A stretch of DNA of 64,000 bases from Candidatus Bruticola sp. GTDB lineage: Bacteria > Vulcanimicrobiota > Xenobia > Xenobiales > Xenobiaceae. The stretch spans positions 32,001 through 96,000 of the forward strand of contig JBJEGD010000013.1 of assembly GCA_051874735.1 (NCBI GenBank), in the 5' to 3' direction. This document shows positions 31,064-39,222 of this stretch, in pieces. Below the pieces are notes generated by a model. It worked only from the letters and a program-made list of their open reading frames with translations. It did no database searches and was not told the DNA's origin. The first letter of the stretch is position 1. Each line of letters begins with the position of its first letter. A program made the translations under genes and the position numbers.

Positions 31064-32362
31064 GTGGAAAAATGGTTGAAAAGGCAGCCCCCGGGTAGAA
31101 TTATTGCGTTAGGTTTCGCTTTAGCTATTTTTGTGGGGTCATTTCTGCTCATGCTGCCTGTCAGCTTGCGCACTGGTGTTAGCATCAATTATATAGACGC
31201 CCTTTATACTTCAGCTAGTGCCGTATGTGTAACCGGACTGATTGCTGTAGATGCAGGCGACACTTTTACACCTTTTGGCCAATTTATGCTCGGTCTGCTT
31301 ATTCAGATAGGCGGTTTAGGAGTTACTTCGGTTGGGGCTGGCGTAATTTTAGCTATAGGTCAAAAAATCAACCTGAAAGGCCGCAGCCTTATTAGAGAAT
31401 CGTTAAATTTAAGTACTGGTCAGGGGTTAATACGCCTCTTGAAAAACGTTTTGCTGACCACATTCGTTTTTGAATTTACTGGCGCTTTGCTTAGTTTTTG
31501 TGTTTTTGTTCGAGATTACCCACCTCTTAAGGCTGCCGGAATTAGTCTGTTTCATTCAGTAGCTACTTTCAATAATTCAGGTTTTGACATTTTAGGAAAT
31601 TTTCAGAGTTTAATGGCTTATAAAGATAATTTAGCTCTGAATTTAATTACCAGCACTCTCATTATCTTAGGCGGTATAGGTTTTTGGGTAATACATGAGA
31701 TTGTAGCATGCCGTTTTAATTGGCGTCGTCTTTCCATGCATTCCAAAACGGTTATTTCCATGAGCACTGCGCTGATCACTGTCGGTACTTTGCTACTTAA
31801 AGCTACTGAAGATATAAGTTGGCTAGGGGCCTTTTTTCAAAGTGTTTCAGCTAGAACGGCCGGTTTCTCCACCTATGCTGTGGGTAGTTTTACCAACGCC
31901 GGTCTACTGATCATGATACTTCTAATGTTTATTGGTGCTTCCCCCGGTTCTACTGGAGGAGGTATAAAAACTACCACTTTTTTTGTACTTGTTCGGGGAA
32001 TAAGGTCGTCGGCTACCAATACTTCTGAAAAAGCTTTCCATTATTCTTTACCTACTGAAGCCTTTCGTAAGGCCTCTGTAATTACATTTATAGCTTTAGC
32101 GGCTGTGCTAGGTGGAACTTATCTTGTATCGCTTCTCGATCCGCAGCTTCCTTTTATCGATGTTCTTTTTGAAATGGTCAGCGCTTTTGGCACCGTCGGT
32201 TTATCTACAGGTATAACCGTTAAGCTCAGTTTGGGCAGTAAAATTATCTCAATTCTTATGATGTATATGGGTAGATTAGGTCCGCTGACGATCGCCTCTC
32301 TGTGGTATTTCAAAAAAGATGAGAGGGTTAGCTATCCTGTAGGGAATATTTTCATCGGCTAA
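31064..32362 (+). CDS. Trk/Ktr potassium uptake membrane subunit (KtrB/TrkH)
   Basis: SAVCVTGL, FNNSGF, ARTAGF, PGSTGGGIKTTT, SAFGTVGLS. Confidence 0.93.
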   Translation: MEKWLKRQPPGRIIALGFALAIFVGSFLLMLPVSLRTGVSINYIDALYTSASAVCVTGLIAVDAGDTFTPFGQFMLGLLIQIGGLGVTSVGAGVILAIGQKINLKGRSLIRESLNLSTGQGLIRLLKNVLLTTFVFEFTGALLSFCVFVRDYPPLKAAGISLFHSVATFNNSGFDILGNFQSLMAYKDNLALNLITSTLIILGGIGFWVIHEIVACRFNWRRLSMHSKTVISMSTALITVGTLLLKATEDISWLGAFFQSVSARTAGFSTYAVGSFTNAGLLIMILLMFIGASPGSTGGGIKTTTFFVLVRGIRSSATNTSEKAFHYSLPTEAFRKASVITFIALAAVLGGTYLVSLLDPQLPFIDVLFEMVSAFGTVGLSTGITVKLSLGSKIISILMMYMGRLGPLTIASLWYFKKDERVSYPVGNIFIG

Positions 32363-32380
32363 AGGAGGATTGGCTTTTGT

Positions 32381-33052
32381 ATGTTCGGTCAATCGAAAAG
32401 ACGGAAAACAACTTACGCTGTAATAGGATTAGGACGTTTCGGTTACGCTTTGGCGGTGCATTTAGTTGAGTCAGGGGCAGATGTAATTGCTGCTGACAAA
32501 GATGAAGAAATAGTGCGCGAAATACGCGAATACACTGAAGACGCCTTTGTTTTGCACAAATTTGATAAAAAATCTTTGGCTGAAGCAGGCATTCAAAATT
32601 GTGACGTAGCTATTGTAGCTATAAGCGGCGATGAGATAGACGCTTCCATTTTAACGGCTTTGCATTTAGTTAGTCTGAAGGTTCCCAAAATAATCGCTCG
32701 AGCTGTCAGTGTCGATCATGGTGAAATTTTAACTAAACTTGGAGTTGAAGTAGTTTATCCTGAAAGAGATATGGCCGTTCGTTTAGCGCATCGCTTAGAG
32801 GCTGCTTCTGTTCTCGACTTTGTGCAGCTTAGTGAGAAGCTAAATATATCTAAACAGATGGTTCCTGCTCAGCTTATAGGTAAGACTGTAGTTGAAGCTA
32901 ATTTACGCGTAAAGTTCGGAGTTAATATTATCGCAGTTGAGAATGGAGCCTCGCTGATTGAAATGGTTTTGCCTACTTATGTTTTTCGACCTGGCGACAT
33001 TTTATTCGTTTCTGGCAGCAAAGAGAGTCTCAATAAATTGTCAGAGTGGTGA
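32381..33052 (+). CDS. Trk/Ktr NAD-binding regulatory subunit (KtrA/TrkA)
   Basis: VIGLGRFG RCK_N plus RCK_C domain. Confidence 0.93.
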   Translation: MFGQSKRRKTTYAVIGLGRFGYALAVHLVESGADVIAADKDEEIVREIREYTEDAFVLHKFDKKSLAEAGIQNCDVAIVAISGDEIDASILTALHLVSLKVPKIIARAVSVDHGEILTKLGVEVVYPERDMAVRLAHRLEAASVLDFVQLSEKLNISKQMVPAQLIGKTVVEANLRVKFGVNIIAVENGASLIEMVLPTYVFRPGDILFVSGSKESLNKLSEW

Positions 33053-33081
33053 GATTTCTCCTGGTAATTTTTAAAAAGTCA

Positions 33082-33126
33082 TATAAACAAGAGCGGCAAT
33101 TCCTAGGATTGCCGCTCTTGTTTATA
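33082..33126. terminator. Bidirectional terminator (ktrA / alaS)
   Basis: TATAAACAAGAGCGGCAAT...ATTGCCGCTCTTGTTTATA perfect inverted repeat. Confidence 0.85.
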
Positions 33127-33146
33127 ATTGGTAGGTTACATGCTTA

Positions 33147-35837
33147 CTATTTTCCGGACTTAATTATTTCCGAGAATTGAGCCATAACCTCATCAAGTTT
33201 ACCCAAATCTTTAGCTCCGGCCATAGCCATATCGGCTCGTCCGCCTCCGCCGCCTCCCAAACGTTTGGCAGCTTCTTTGACGAGTCGGCCAGCCTGATAG
33301 CCTTGCTTTACGTATTCCGGAGTGACTAGCACAAGCAAACCCACTTTGTCCTGATTAGGACCGGCCAGTATGGCAATGCCGTTAAATTTCTGTTTAATCT
33401 CATCAGCCATGCTTCTTAATTCATCGGGAGAAGCACTTTCTAATTTGATCGTTAGAACAGGAATACCGTCTACACTAACAGCTTTATTGAGCACATCAGC
33501 AGCTTTGGCAGAGGCTAAAGCTGATTTAGCTCTTTCCAGTTCTTTTTCTAATTTCTTTTGGTTGTCCAGCATAGCCGTCAATCGGCTGTTGAGTTCCGTC
33601 GCATTAGTATGCAAAATTTCGCAGGCTTGATCTAAGCTCTTTTGAGTACGTTCTGCCAGCTCCAGAGCTGCCAATCCTGCTGCCGCTTCTATACGGCGCA
33701 CGCCTGAAGCGATAGCTCCTTCAGAGATAATTTTGAATAGACCTATATCTCCAGTGCGCTTGCAGTGACAGCCACCGCAAAGTTCTTGGGAGAAGCCGTC
33801 GTAGCTGGGAGTATCAGCCGCAGAACTGTTTTTGCCGCCAACATTAATCACACGCACTTTGCTACCGTATTTATCGCCGAAGAAAGCAATTACAGAGTCT
33901 GGTTTGTCAGTTATATCGATTTCAAACCAGCTGACCCCAGTATTGCTGACTACTTCAGAGTTAATCATTTTTTCGATAGCAGCCAAGTTCTCTTTGCTGA
34001 CTGCTTCAGAACAAGTGAAGTCGAAACGCAATCTGTCGGGAGCTACTAAGGATCCTTGCTGATGTACTTCCGTACCTAAAATTGCGCGCAGAGCGTGGTG
34101 AAGCAGGTGAGTAGAAGTATGATGGCGTTCGATGGCTCGGCGTCTCGAGCTGTCTATAGAGGCTTCGACTTCCTGACCTATCTGCAAAGCCTCTAAGTCG
34201 GGCCCTTCAGCCACAAAATGCATAATCACGCCTTCTCGCTGCTTAGTGTCGTTGACCTGAAGTTTGTGACCGGCCCAGTTGATAAATCCGGTATCTCCTA
34301 CCTGACCACCCATTTCGGCGTAAAACACTGTCTGATCTAAAACGATGGCGCGACTGCTTGGTTGACCAATAACGGCTATCACTTTAGCAGAGCAGCTGTC
34401 CTGAGTATAACCTATAAAATGGGTGGGCCGTAAATCGAGCTTTTCACTCTCAGCTATTTGAGCTGTTTTGACACGGGCTGCTCTGGCTCTCTGTTTCTGT
34501 TCTTCCATATATTGGTTGAATGAGGCTTCGTCGACTTCGTAGCCTTTTTCTTTGGCCATCACGGCAGTTAAATCGTAGGGAAAACCATAAGTATCGTAGA
34601 GGCGGAAGGCTGCACTTCCAGGAAAGATGCGACTGCTGTCGTTCTCCGCTTCGAGTCGGGCTAATTCTTCTTCAAAGAGAGCAATACCTCGATCGAGAGT
34701 TTGATTAAAAGAGGTCTCTTCTCCTTTTATTATACGGCAAATTTTAGTTTCTTCACGAATAAGCTCAGGGTAGGCTTGGCCCATAATTTCGTTGAGTACC
34801 GGCAGAAGTTTGTAAAGGAAGGGCTCGTTTAACCCCAATTTGCGGCCGTAACGAGCAGCGCGGCGTAAAATGCGGCGAATTACATAGCCGCGTCCTTCAT
34901 TAGAAGGTAAAGCGCCATCGGCAATAGAGAAAGCCACCATACGCAGATGATCGGCGCACACGCGCATAGCCGCGGAGATCTCATCTTTAGATACGCCTTT
35001 GGTGTACTTCAAGCCAGATAGTTTTTCTAACTCGGCAATAATGGGGCGGAAAAGAGCTGAATCGTAGTTAGAAATTTCTACTTGGAAGTCGGTGCAGTCT
35101 TTAGTGCATTCCATAACGGCAGCAATGCGCTCTAAACCAGCACCAGTATCTACGTTGCAGTTCGGCAATTTGTGCAGTCCGTCTTTATCAGCGTTAAACT
35201 CAGTGAAGACTAAATTCCAGAGTTCGATCACACAAGGCGAACTGCCGTTAACTAGGGGACCACCGCTCATATCGGGAGTCAGGTCAATATGAATTTCTGT
35301 GCAGGGGCCGCAGGGACCAACTTCTCCCATCATCCAGAAATTGTCTTTGGCTCCAAAGCGTTTAATATGATCTGGAGCGATATCAGTTACTTGCTGCCAA
35401 AGCATTTCGGCTTCGGTGTCAGCTGGTAATCCTTTAGCTTCATCACCGCCGAAAACGGTGGCATACAAACGCTCTTTGGGCAAATGCCAACGTTTAGTGA
35501 GCAGTTCCCAAGCCCATTCTATAGCTTCGCGTTTGTAATAATCGCCGAACGACCAGTTACCTAACATTTCAAACAATGTATGATGGTAAGTGTCTAAACC
35601 TACTTCTTCCAGATCGTTGTGCTTACCGGAAACTCGAATACACTTTTGAGAATCGGCTATACGGCGGTGAGTCGGAGTAGCTTGTCCCAGAAAATAGGGC
35701 TTAAATTGGTTCATGCCAGCATTTGTGAACATGAGAGTGGGGTCATCATGAGGCACAACTGAAGCGGAAGGAACTATCTGGTGGCCCTTCTCACGAAAAA
35801 AGTCGAGGAATGATTGACGAATTTCTGCAGCGTTCAT
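33147..35837 (-). CDS. alaS: Alanine--tRNA ligase
   Basis: FTNAGMNQFK, HHTLFEMLGNWSFGDY, editing HxxxH and ELCGGCH, DHHA1 GGGGG. Confidence 0.97.
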   Translation of the reverse strand: MNAAEIRQSFLDFFREKGHQIVPSASVVPHDDPTLMFTNAGMNQFKPYFLGQATPTHRRIADSQKCIRVSGKHNDLEEVGLDTYHHTLFEMLGNWSFGDYYKREAIEWAWELLTKRWHLPKERLYATVFGGDEAKGLPADTEAEMLWQQVTDIAPDHIKRFGAKDNFWMMGEVGPCGPCTEIHIDLTPDMSGGPLVNGSSPCVIELWNLVFTEFNADKDGLHKLPNCNVDTGAGLERIAAVMECTKDCTDFQVEISNYDSALFRPIIAELEKLSGLKYTKGVSKDEISAAMRVCADHLRMVAFSIADGALPSNEGRGYVIRRILRRAARYGRKLGLNEPFLYKLLPVLNEIMGQAYPELIREETKICRIIKGEETSFNQTLDRGIALFEEELARLEAENDSSRIFPGSAAFRLYDTYGFPYDLTAVMAKEKGYEVDEASFNQYMEEQKQRARAARVKTAQIAESEKLDLRPTHFIGYTQDSCSAKVIAVIGQPSSRAIVLDQTVFYAEMGGQVGDTGFINWAGHKLQVNDTKQREGVIMHFVAEGPDLEALQIGQEVEASIDSSRRRAIERHHTSTHLLHHALRAILGTEVHQQGSLVAPDRLRFDFTCSEAVSKENLAAIEKMINSEVVSNTGVSWFEIDITDKPDSVIAFFGDKYGSKVRVINVGGKNSSAADTPSYDGFSQELCGGCHCKRTGDIGLFKIISEGAIASGVRRIEAAAGLAALELAERTQKSLDQACEILHTNATELNSRLTAMLDNQKKLEKELERAKSALASAKAADVLNKAVSVDGIPVLTIKLESASPDELRSMADEIKQKFNGIAILAGPNQDKVGLLVLVTPEYVKQGYQAGRLVKEAAKRLGGGGGGRADMAMAGAKDLGKLDEVMAQFSEIIKSGK

Positions 35838-35993
35838 AAAGTTCTCTCAATCTGCTTAATTTTTTTGAGTTTGGATACAGTTTATAAGGCATTACAGCCT
35901 AAGACTGGTTAAACAAAAGCCGACAGGGACGCAACTGTGACATACGACACTCTCTGCAGGCGAGGGCGCCGTCAACCGCGTTGAACCTGTCGG

Positions 35994-36021
35994 AAATTAT
36001 TTTTTTGGCTTATTTTGTCAA
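35994..36021 (-). promoter_or_regulatory. Candidate alaS promoter
   Basis: Minus strand TTGACA, 16-nt spacer, TAATTT, directly before the structured leader. Confidence 0.45.
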
Positions 36022-36027
36022 GTTCAG

Positions 36028-37104
36028 TTAAGCTTCTGAAGTTGCTTCAACTTGGCAAATTTCGGTTAAGAAAATGGATAGCAGCTTATAACATTCTTCC
36101 AAACGGCTAGTTTCTACCCATTCAATGGCTTGATGGCAGCGATCCGGATCACCAGGTCCGAAGTTAACGGCAGGAATACTGTTAGCAGTAAGTCTAGCCA
36201 GATCTGTCCAAGCCTGTTTAGGCTCTACTTGGAGCGAACAGCGTTCTATCCACCCTTGCATTAAAGGATGGCTGACACAAACTTGTCCAGGCACAGATAC
36301 ATCGCGTACTCTGACCGAGGCCAGATCGCCAACCAATTTGGTCAGTTCGGCGACTACATCGCTGTCCGTGCGGTTGGGAGCAAAGCGGGCATTGACGTTT
36401 ATTTCAAACTTATCGGGTATAACGTTAGCCGCGTTAGAAGTAGTAGCCATGGTGGGACTCATTACTTCGTAAAAGGTTAAACCGCTGATATTTACTTCCC
36501 GTCTGGGTAGATCACGCAGTTTCGCTAATAAGGGGAGAGAGCGGAATATTGCGTTTTGGCCTTGCCAAGGACGGGCCGAGTGGGCACGCTTGCCTTCGAC
36601 AGTGACGATGGCGTGGAGTCCTCCCATGCAGCCGGCCATAATCACGTTATTAGTTGGTTCCAAAACTATAGCAAAATCGATGGGAGGAAGGCTAGATATT
36701 AGAGTGCGCATGCCGTTACCTTCATCTGGTCCTTCTTCGCCCTCATAGAATACGGCTACTAGATCGGCATTAAACTTTTCGTAGTCTTTGAGCAGCCCCA
36801 GCATAATAGCAACGCCGCTCTTCATATCAGAGGAACCGCAACCGTAAAGGCGCCCTTCTTTGATAATTCCCAGAGGCTGTTGTGGATCGGCCGGCACAGT
36901 ATCTATATGGCCGAATAGACCAATTACCGGGCGGTCGCCATGTTGCGGCGGACAAACAATGAGATTGTTGCGAGAACGGCTTAGAGGTAAGCCTGGTAGC
37001 TCCTTGCGCACCCAGGATTCAATGAAATCGCACACTTCTTTTTCATTTTTAGTTTGACTGGGAATTGCTACCAACTTTTGAGTTAAAGAAACCAAATCGA
37101 TCAT
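36028..37104 (-). CDS. dapE: Succinyl-diaminopimelate desuccinylase (M20 family)
   Basis: GHIDTV, G.GSSDMK, EGEE, AHSARPW, QAWTD, NFGPG; overlaps dapD. Confidence 0.88.
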   Translation of the reverse strand: MIDLVSLTQKLVAIPSQTKNEKEVCDFIESWVRKELPGLPLSRSRNNLIVCPPQHGDRPVIGLFGHIDTVPADPQQPLGIIKEGRLYGCGSSDMKSGVAIMLGLLKDYEKFNADLVAVFYEGEEGPDEGNGMRTLISSLPPIDFAIVLEPTNNVIMAGCMGGLHAIVTVEGKRAHSARPWQGQNAIFRSLPLLAKLRDLPRREVNISGLTFYEVMSPTMATTSNAANVIPDKFEINVNARFAPNRTDSDVVAELTKLVGDLASVRVRDVSVPGQVCVSHPLMQGWIERCSLQVEPKQAWTDLARLTANSIPAVNFGPGDPDRCHQAIEWVETSRLEECYKLLSIFLTEICQVEATSEA

Positions 37105-37904
37105 TCTGGAGCTCCAAAATTACGTAAAGCCTGGTTTAAACTGGTCTTGCTGTCTTCGCCAGCTCGGCGACTTCCAATAATAAGAGCGCAGGGCAAGTTA
37201 TAGACGCCGCCCGGAAACTGGCGAGGACGAGTGCCGGGGATAACCACTGAATTGGGGGGAATAAATCCTTTATAAACTTTGTTTTCGGTGGTCGTGACGT
37301 CAATAATAGGGGTTGAAGCGGTGATAGTTGTACCAGCGCCGATAATGGAACCTTCACCTACTAATACGCCCTCAACAATGACGCTATCAGCGCCTATAAA
37401 ACAGCCGTCTTCAACTATTACGGGCTGAGCTCCGGCCGGTTCAAGCACGCCGCCGATAATAACTCCAGCAGCTAAATGTACATTAGCACCAATTTGAGCG
37501 CAGCTGCCTACTAAACTCCAAGTATCGGCCATAGTTCCAGGACCTATATATGCTCCTATATTGACATAACCGACCATTAGAATGGAACCTGGAGCCATAT
37601 AAGCACCGTAGCGAACCGTTCCTGGAGGAACTGCACGCACTCCGGCTTTATGCAAATTAGATTTTAAGATTATCTTATCTCTGTATTCGAAAGGAGGCAA
37701 CTCCCAAGTCTGCATTTCTGTTATAGAGAAGTAGAGTAAAATGGCTTCTTTGATCCAAGTGTTGACTTGCCAAGTTCCGTTAACCTTTTCTGCGACTCTC
37801 AGCTCTCCTTTATCGAGCGCCTCAATGACAGCTAAGATGTCCTGCTTAGCTTTTGCTAATAAGCTTCTATCATTAAAAGCCTGAGAAATTAGTTGTTGAT
37901 CCAT
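37101..37904 (-). CDS. dapD: Tetrahydrodipicolinate N-succinyltransferase
   Basis: WQVNTWIKEAILLYF, SCAQIG, GGVLEP, KTSLNQALR. Confidence 0.95.
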   Translation of the reverse strand: MDQQLISQAFNDRSLLAKAKQDILAVIEALDKGELRVAEKVNGTWQVNTWIKEAILLYFSITEMQTWELPPFEYRDKIILKSNLHKAGVRAVPPGTVRYGAYMAPGSILMVGYVNIGAYIGPGTMADTWSLVGSCAQIGANVHLAAGVIIGGVLEPAGAQPVIVEDGCFIGADSVIVEGVLVGEGSIIGAGTTITASTPIIDVTTTENKVYKGFIPPNSVVIPGTRPRQFPGGVYNLPCALIIGSRRAGEDSKTSLNQALRNFGAPE

Positions 37905-38079
37905 GGGGGGCGCAATTCTGCAATAAAGCCCTATTCCCTTGTTAAATAAGAGTGGAAGAACTGGTGAGTAAGCACAGGAACGGCTTGATAATAAAATTAT
38001 AATTGATGATACAATATTGTAAGCGGTACAGCGACTTATAAAAAAATATTTTTCTTTCTATTATAATTATAGGGATAAA

Positions 38080-38097
38080 TTGTGCAGATATGCAGAA
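38080..38097. promoter_or_regulatory. Candidate Rex operator
   Basis: TTGTGCA-GATA-TGCAGAA, near TTGTGAA-N4-TTCACAA, upstream of rex. Confidence 0.45.
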
Positions 38098-38200
38098 AAA
38101 AAACGCAAAACTAACATTACTGTTGCATTTATCGATAAAAAAATATTGATATGTGTTCTCTTTTGTGCTTTACTGAAAGTAATACGGGAGCCTGCTTTGA

Positions 38201-38938
38201 ATGCTGAGGCTTTGGTTGTGCTGTCTATATCTGACACAGCCTGTAGCTTTTAGCTCCGCTGGACGGGTGAGTTTCTTGAGAAGTTTCGGAGTGTCTAAAC
38301 AAACTTTACAGCGCCTGCCCATTTATTTGGCTTATTTGCGCACCTTGCCGGAATCAGAACAAAGGGTATCTGCATCTTCTATAGCCTCTGCTCTAAATCT
38401 CAATGATGTCCAGGTACGCAAAGATTTGGCTTCAGTAAGTTCTTCAGGCCGACCTAAAGTCGGATATCCAGTTAAAGTCCTGCGTGAAGAACTTGAGAGC
38501 TTTCTAGGTTACCGTAATATCGATTCCGCTATTATTGTAGGTGCTGGCCATTTAGGGAGGGCTTTGCTTAACTACAGCGGTTTTAAGGCCTACGGATTGG
38601 AAATTTTGGCCGCTTTTGATATTGACAGCAGCTTAGCAGGGCAAGATAGAGGCCGGATCCTGCCTTTAGATAGACTGAAAGATCTTTGCGACAGCCTACA
38701 TCCCAGAATAGGTATCATCACTGTGCCGGCTGAAGCTGCCCAGGAAGTGTGCGATTTGATGGTCGCTTCAGGTATAGAGGCTGTTTGGAATTTTGCTCCC
38801 GTACATTTGCGCGTAGATGAGAAAATTTTTGTGACGAATGAAAATATGGCTGTTCATTTAGCTGTTATTTCTAATTACTTACGGGCGTCTTTGCGCAGAG
38901 AGGTAAATTTAGCAAATTACGATGAAAGCGCCGTTTAA
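38201..38938 (+). CDS. rex: Redox-sensing transcriptional repressor Rex
   Basis: RLPIY, QVRKDL, GRPKVGY, GAGHLG, WNFAP; true start probably about 20-25 codons downstream. Confidence 0.93.
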   Translation: MLRLWLCCLYLTQPVAFSSAGRVSFLRSFGVSKQTLQRLPIYLAYLRTLPESEQRVSASSIASALNLNDVQVRKDLASVSSSGRPKVGYPVKVLREELESFLGYRNIDSAIIVGAGHLGRALLNYSGFKAYGLEILAAFDIDSSLAGQDRGRILPLDRLKDLCDSLHPRIGIITVPAEAAQEVCDLMVASGIEAVWNFAPVHLRVDEKIFVTNENMAVHLAVISNYLRASLRREVNLANYDESAV

Positions 38939-39000
38939 TTTTTCAGCGTGAAGCTGGATTTTGTTACTCAGTTTTGTCTCGCTATCTGAGATGGGGCAGG

Positions 39001-39196
39001 GCATTACTGTTTGTGATTGAATGGAGACGGCGCACATAAAGTATTTTTATACCGTGCGGACCACGGGAATTTAAGCCTGTACGAGGGAATGTCGTCGGCA
39101 CTCTCTGTCTGGAGCTACGGCCGGACGGTGTACCCTGCAATTCGGGAAGCCCTTGCCGCTGAAGGCGTCATGCAGTGGGCGGTTCACAAAAAATGC
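39001..39196 (+). ncRNA. Candidate structured leader RNA upstream of adhE (family unrecognised)
   Basis: Closing stems GCATT/AATGC and TTTGTGA/TCACAAA enclosing several hairpins. Confidence 0.4.
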
Positions 39197-39222
39197 TTAA
39201 TTCCTGAAATGGAGATTGATAT

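Noticed and set aside
35838-36027. T-box riboswitch before alaS
   Set aside because: No T-box antiterminator motif or specifier stem; reported as a different structure instead.
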